Below are positions 63,931 to 64,000 of a stretch of 64,000 nt of DNA, piece after piece. The notes beneath the pieces are model-generated. The model saw nothing but the letters and a program-made list of their open reading frames with translations. It was not told where the DNA came from and did no database searches. Made by a program: the position numbers and the translations under genes. Numbering within the stretch: position 1 is the first letter of the stretch; each line of letters begins with the position of its first letter. The stretch is from Camelus ferus (lineage: Eukaryota), in contig NC_045696.1 in the NCBI RefSeq assembly GCF_009834535.1, forward strand, positions 26,476,001-26,540,000. The letters are read 5' to 3'.

Positions 63931-64000
63931 TCTTAATTCTCATTCAAACAGATGAAAATATATCACGTAAGTCAGAATGTCTTTACTGATTTCCTAATCT

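Noticed and set aside
1..64000. ORF-track entries as protein-coding genes; prokaryote-style systems (operons, CRISPR, defence islands)
   Set aside because: All ORFs are 143 aa or shorter, many start at non-ATG codons, and none resembles a cellular protein I recognise. The sequence is repeat-rich mammalian DNA with no repeat-spacer array.

Overview
Mammalian non-coding DNA, AT-rich and CpG-depleted, from a gene desert or large intron. It is most likely camelid: it has two tRNA-derived SINEs of the camelid Vic-1 type (one keeps the CTAATTACC-CCC-A-tail 3' end) and several cetartiodactyl-type L1 3' ends, and I recognised no ruminant, pig or primate SINEs. I recognised no protein-coding gene, RNA gene or CRISPR array. 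The ORF-track entries are chance ORFs or fossil retroelement ORFs. Much of the window is interspersed repeat: a near full-length MLT1A MaLR provirus, a decayed ERVL (ERV3-16A3/LTR16-like) provirus with nested insertions, many solo LTRs, L1/L2/MIR fragments and hAT-Charlie MERs. Between them lie repeat-free, motif-rich islands that look like enhancers. I found no convincing new biological system. The most interesting signals are retrotransposition and repair fossils: a ~200-bp copy of nearby sequence inside an LTR, an L1 with a probable 3' transduction, a TSD-flanked L1 containing only its 5' end, a poly(A)-only insertion, and an unusually intact MaLR internal reading frame. Repeat family names come from recalled consensus sequences, not a database search, and boundaries of old repeats are approximate.
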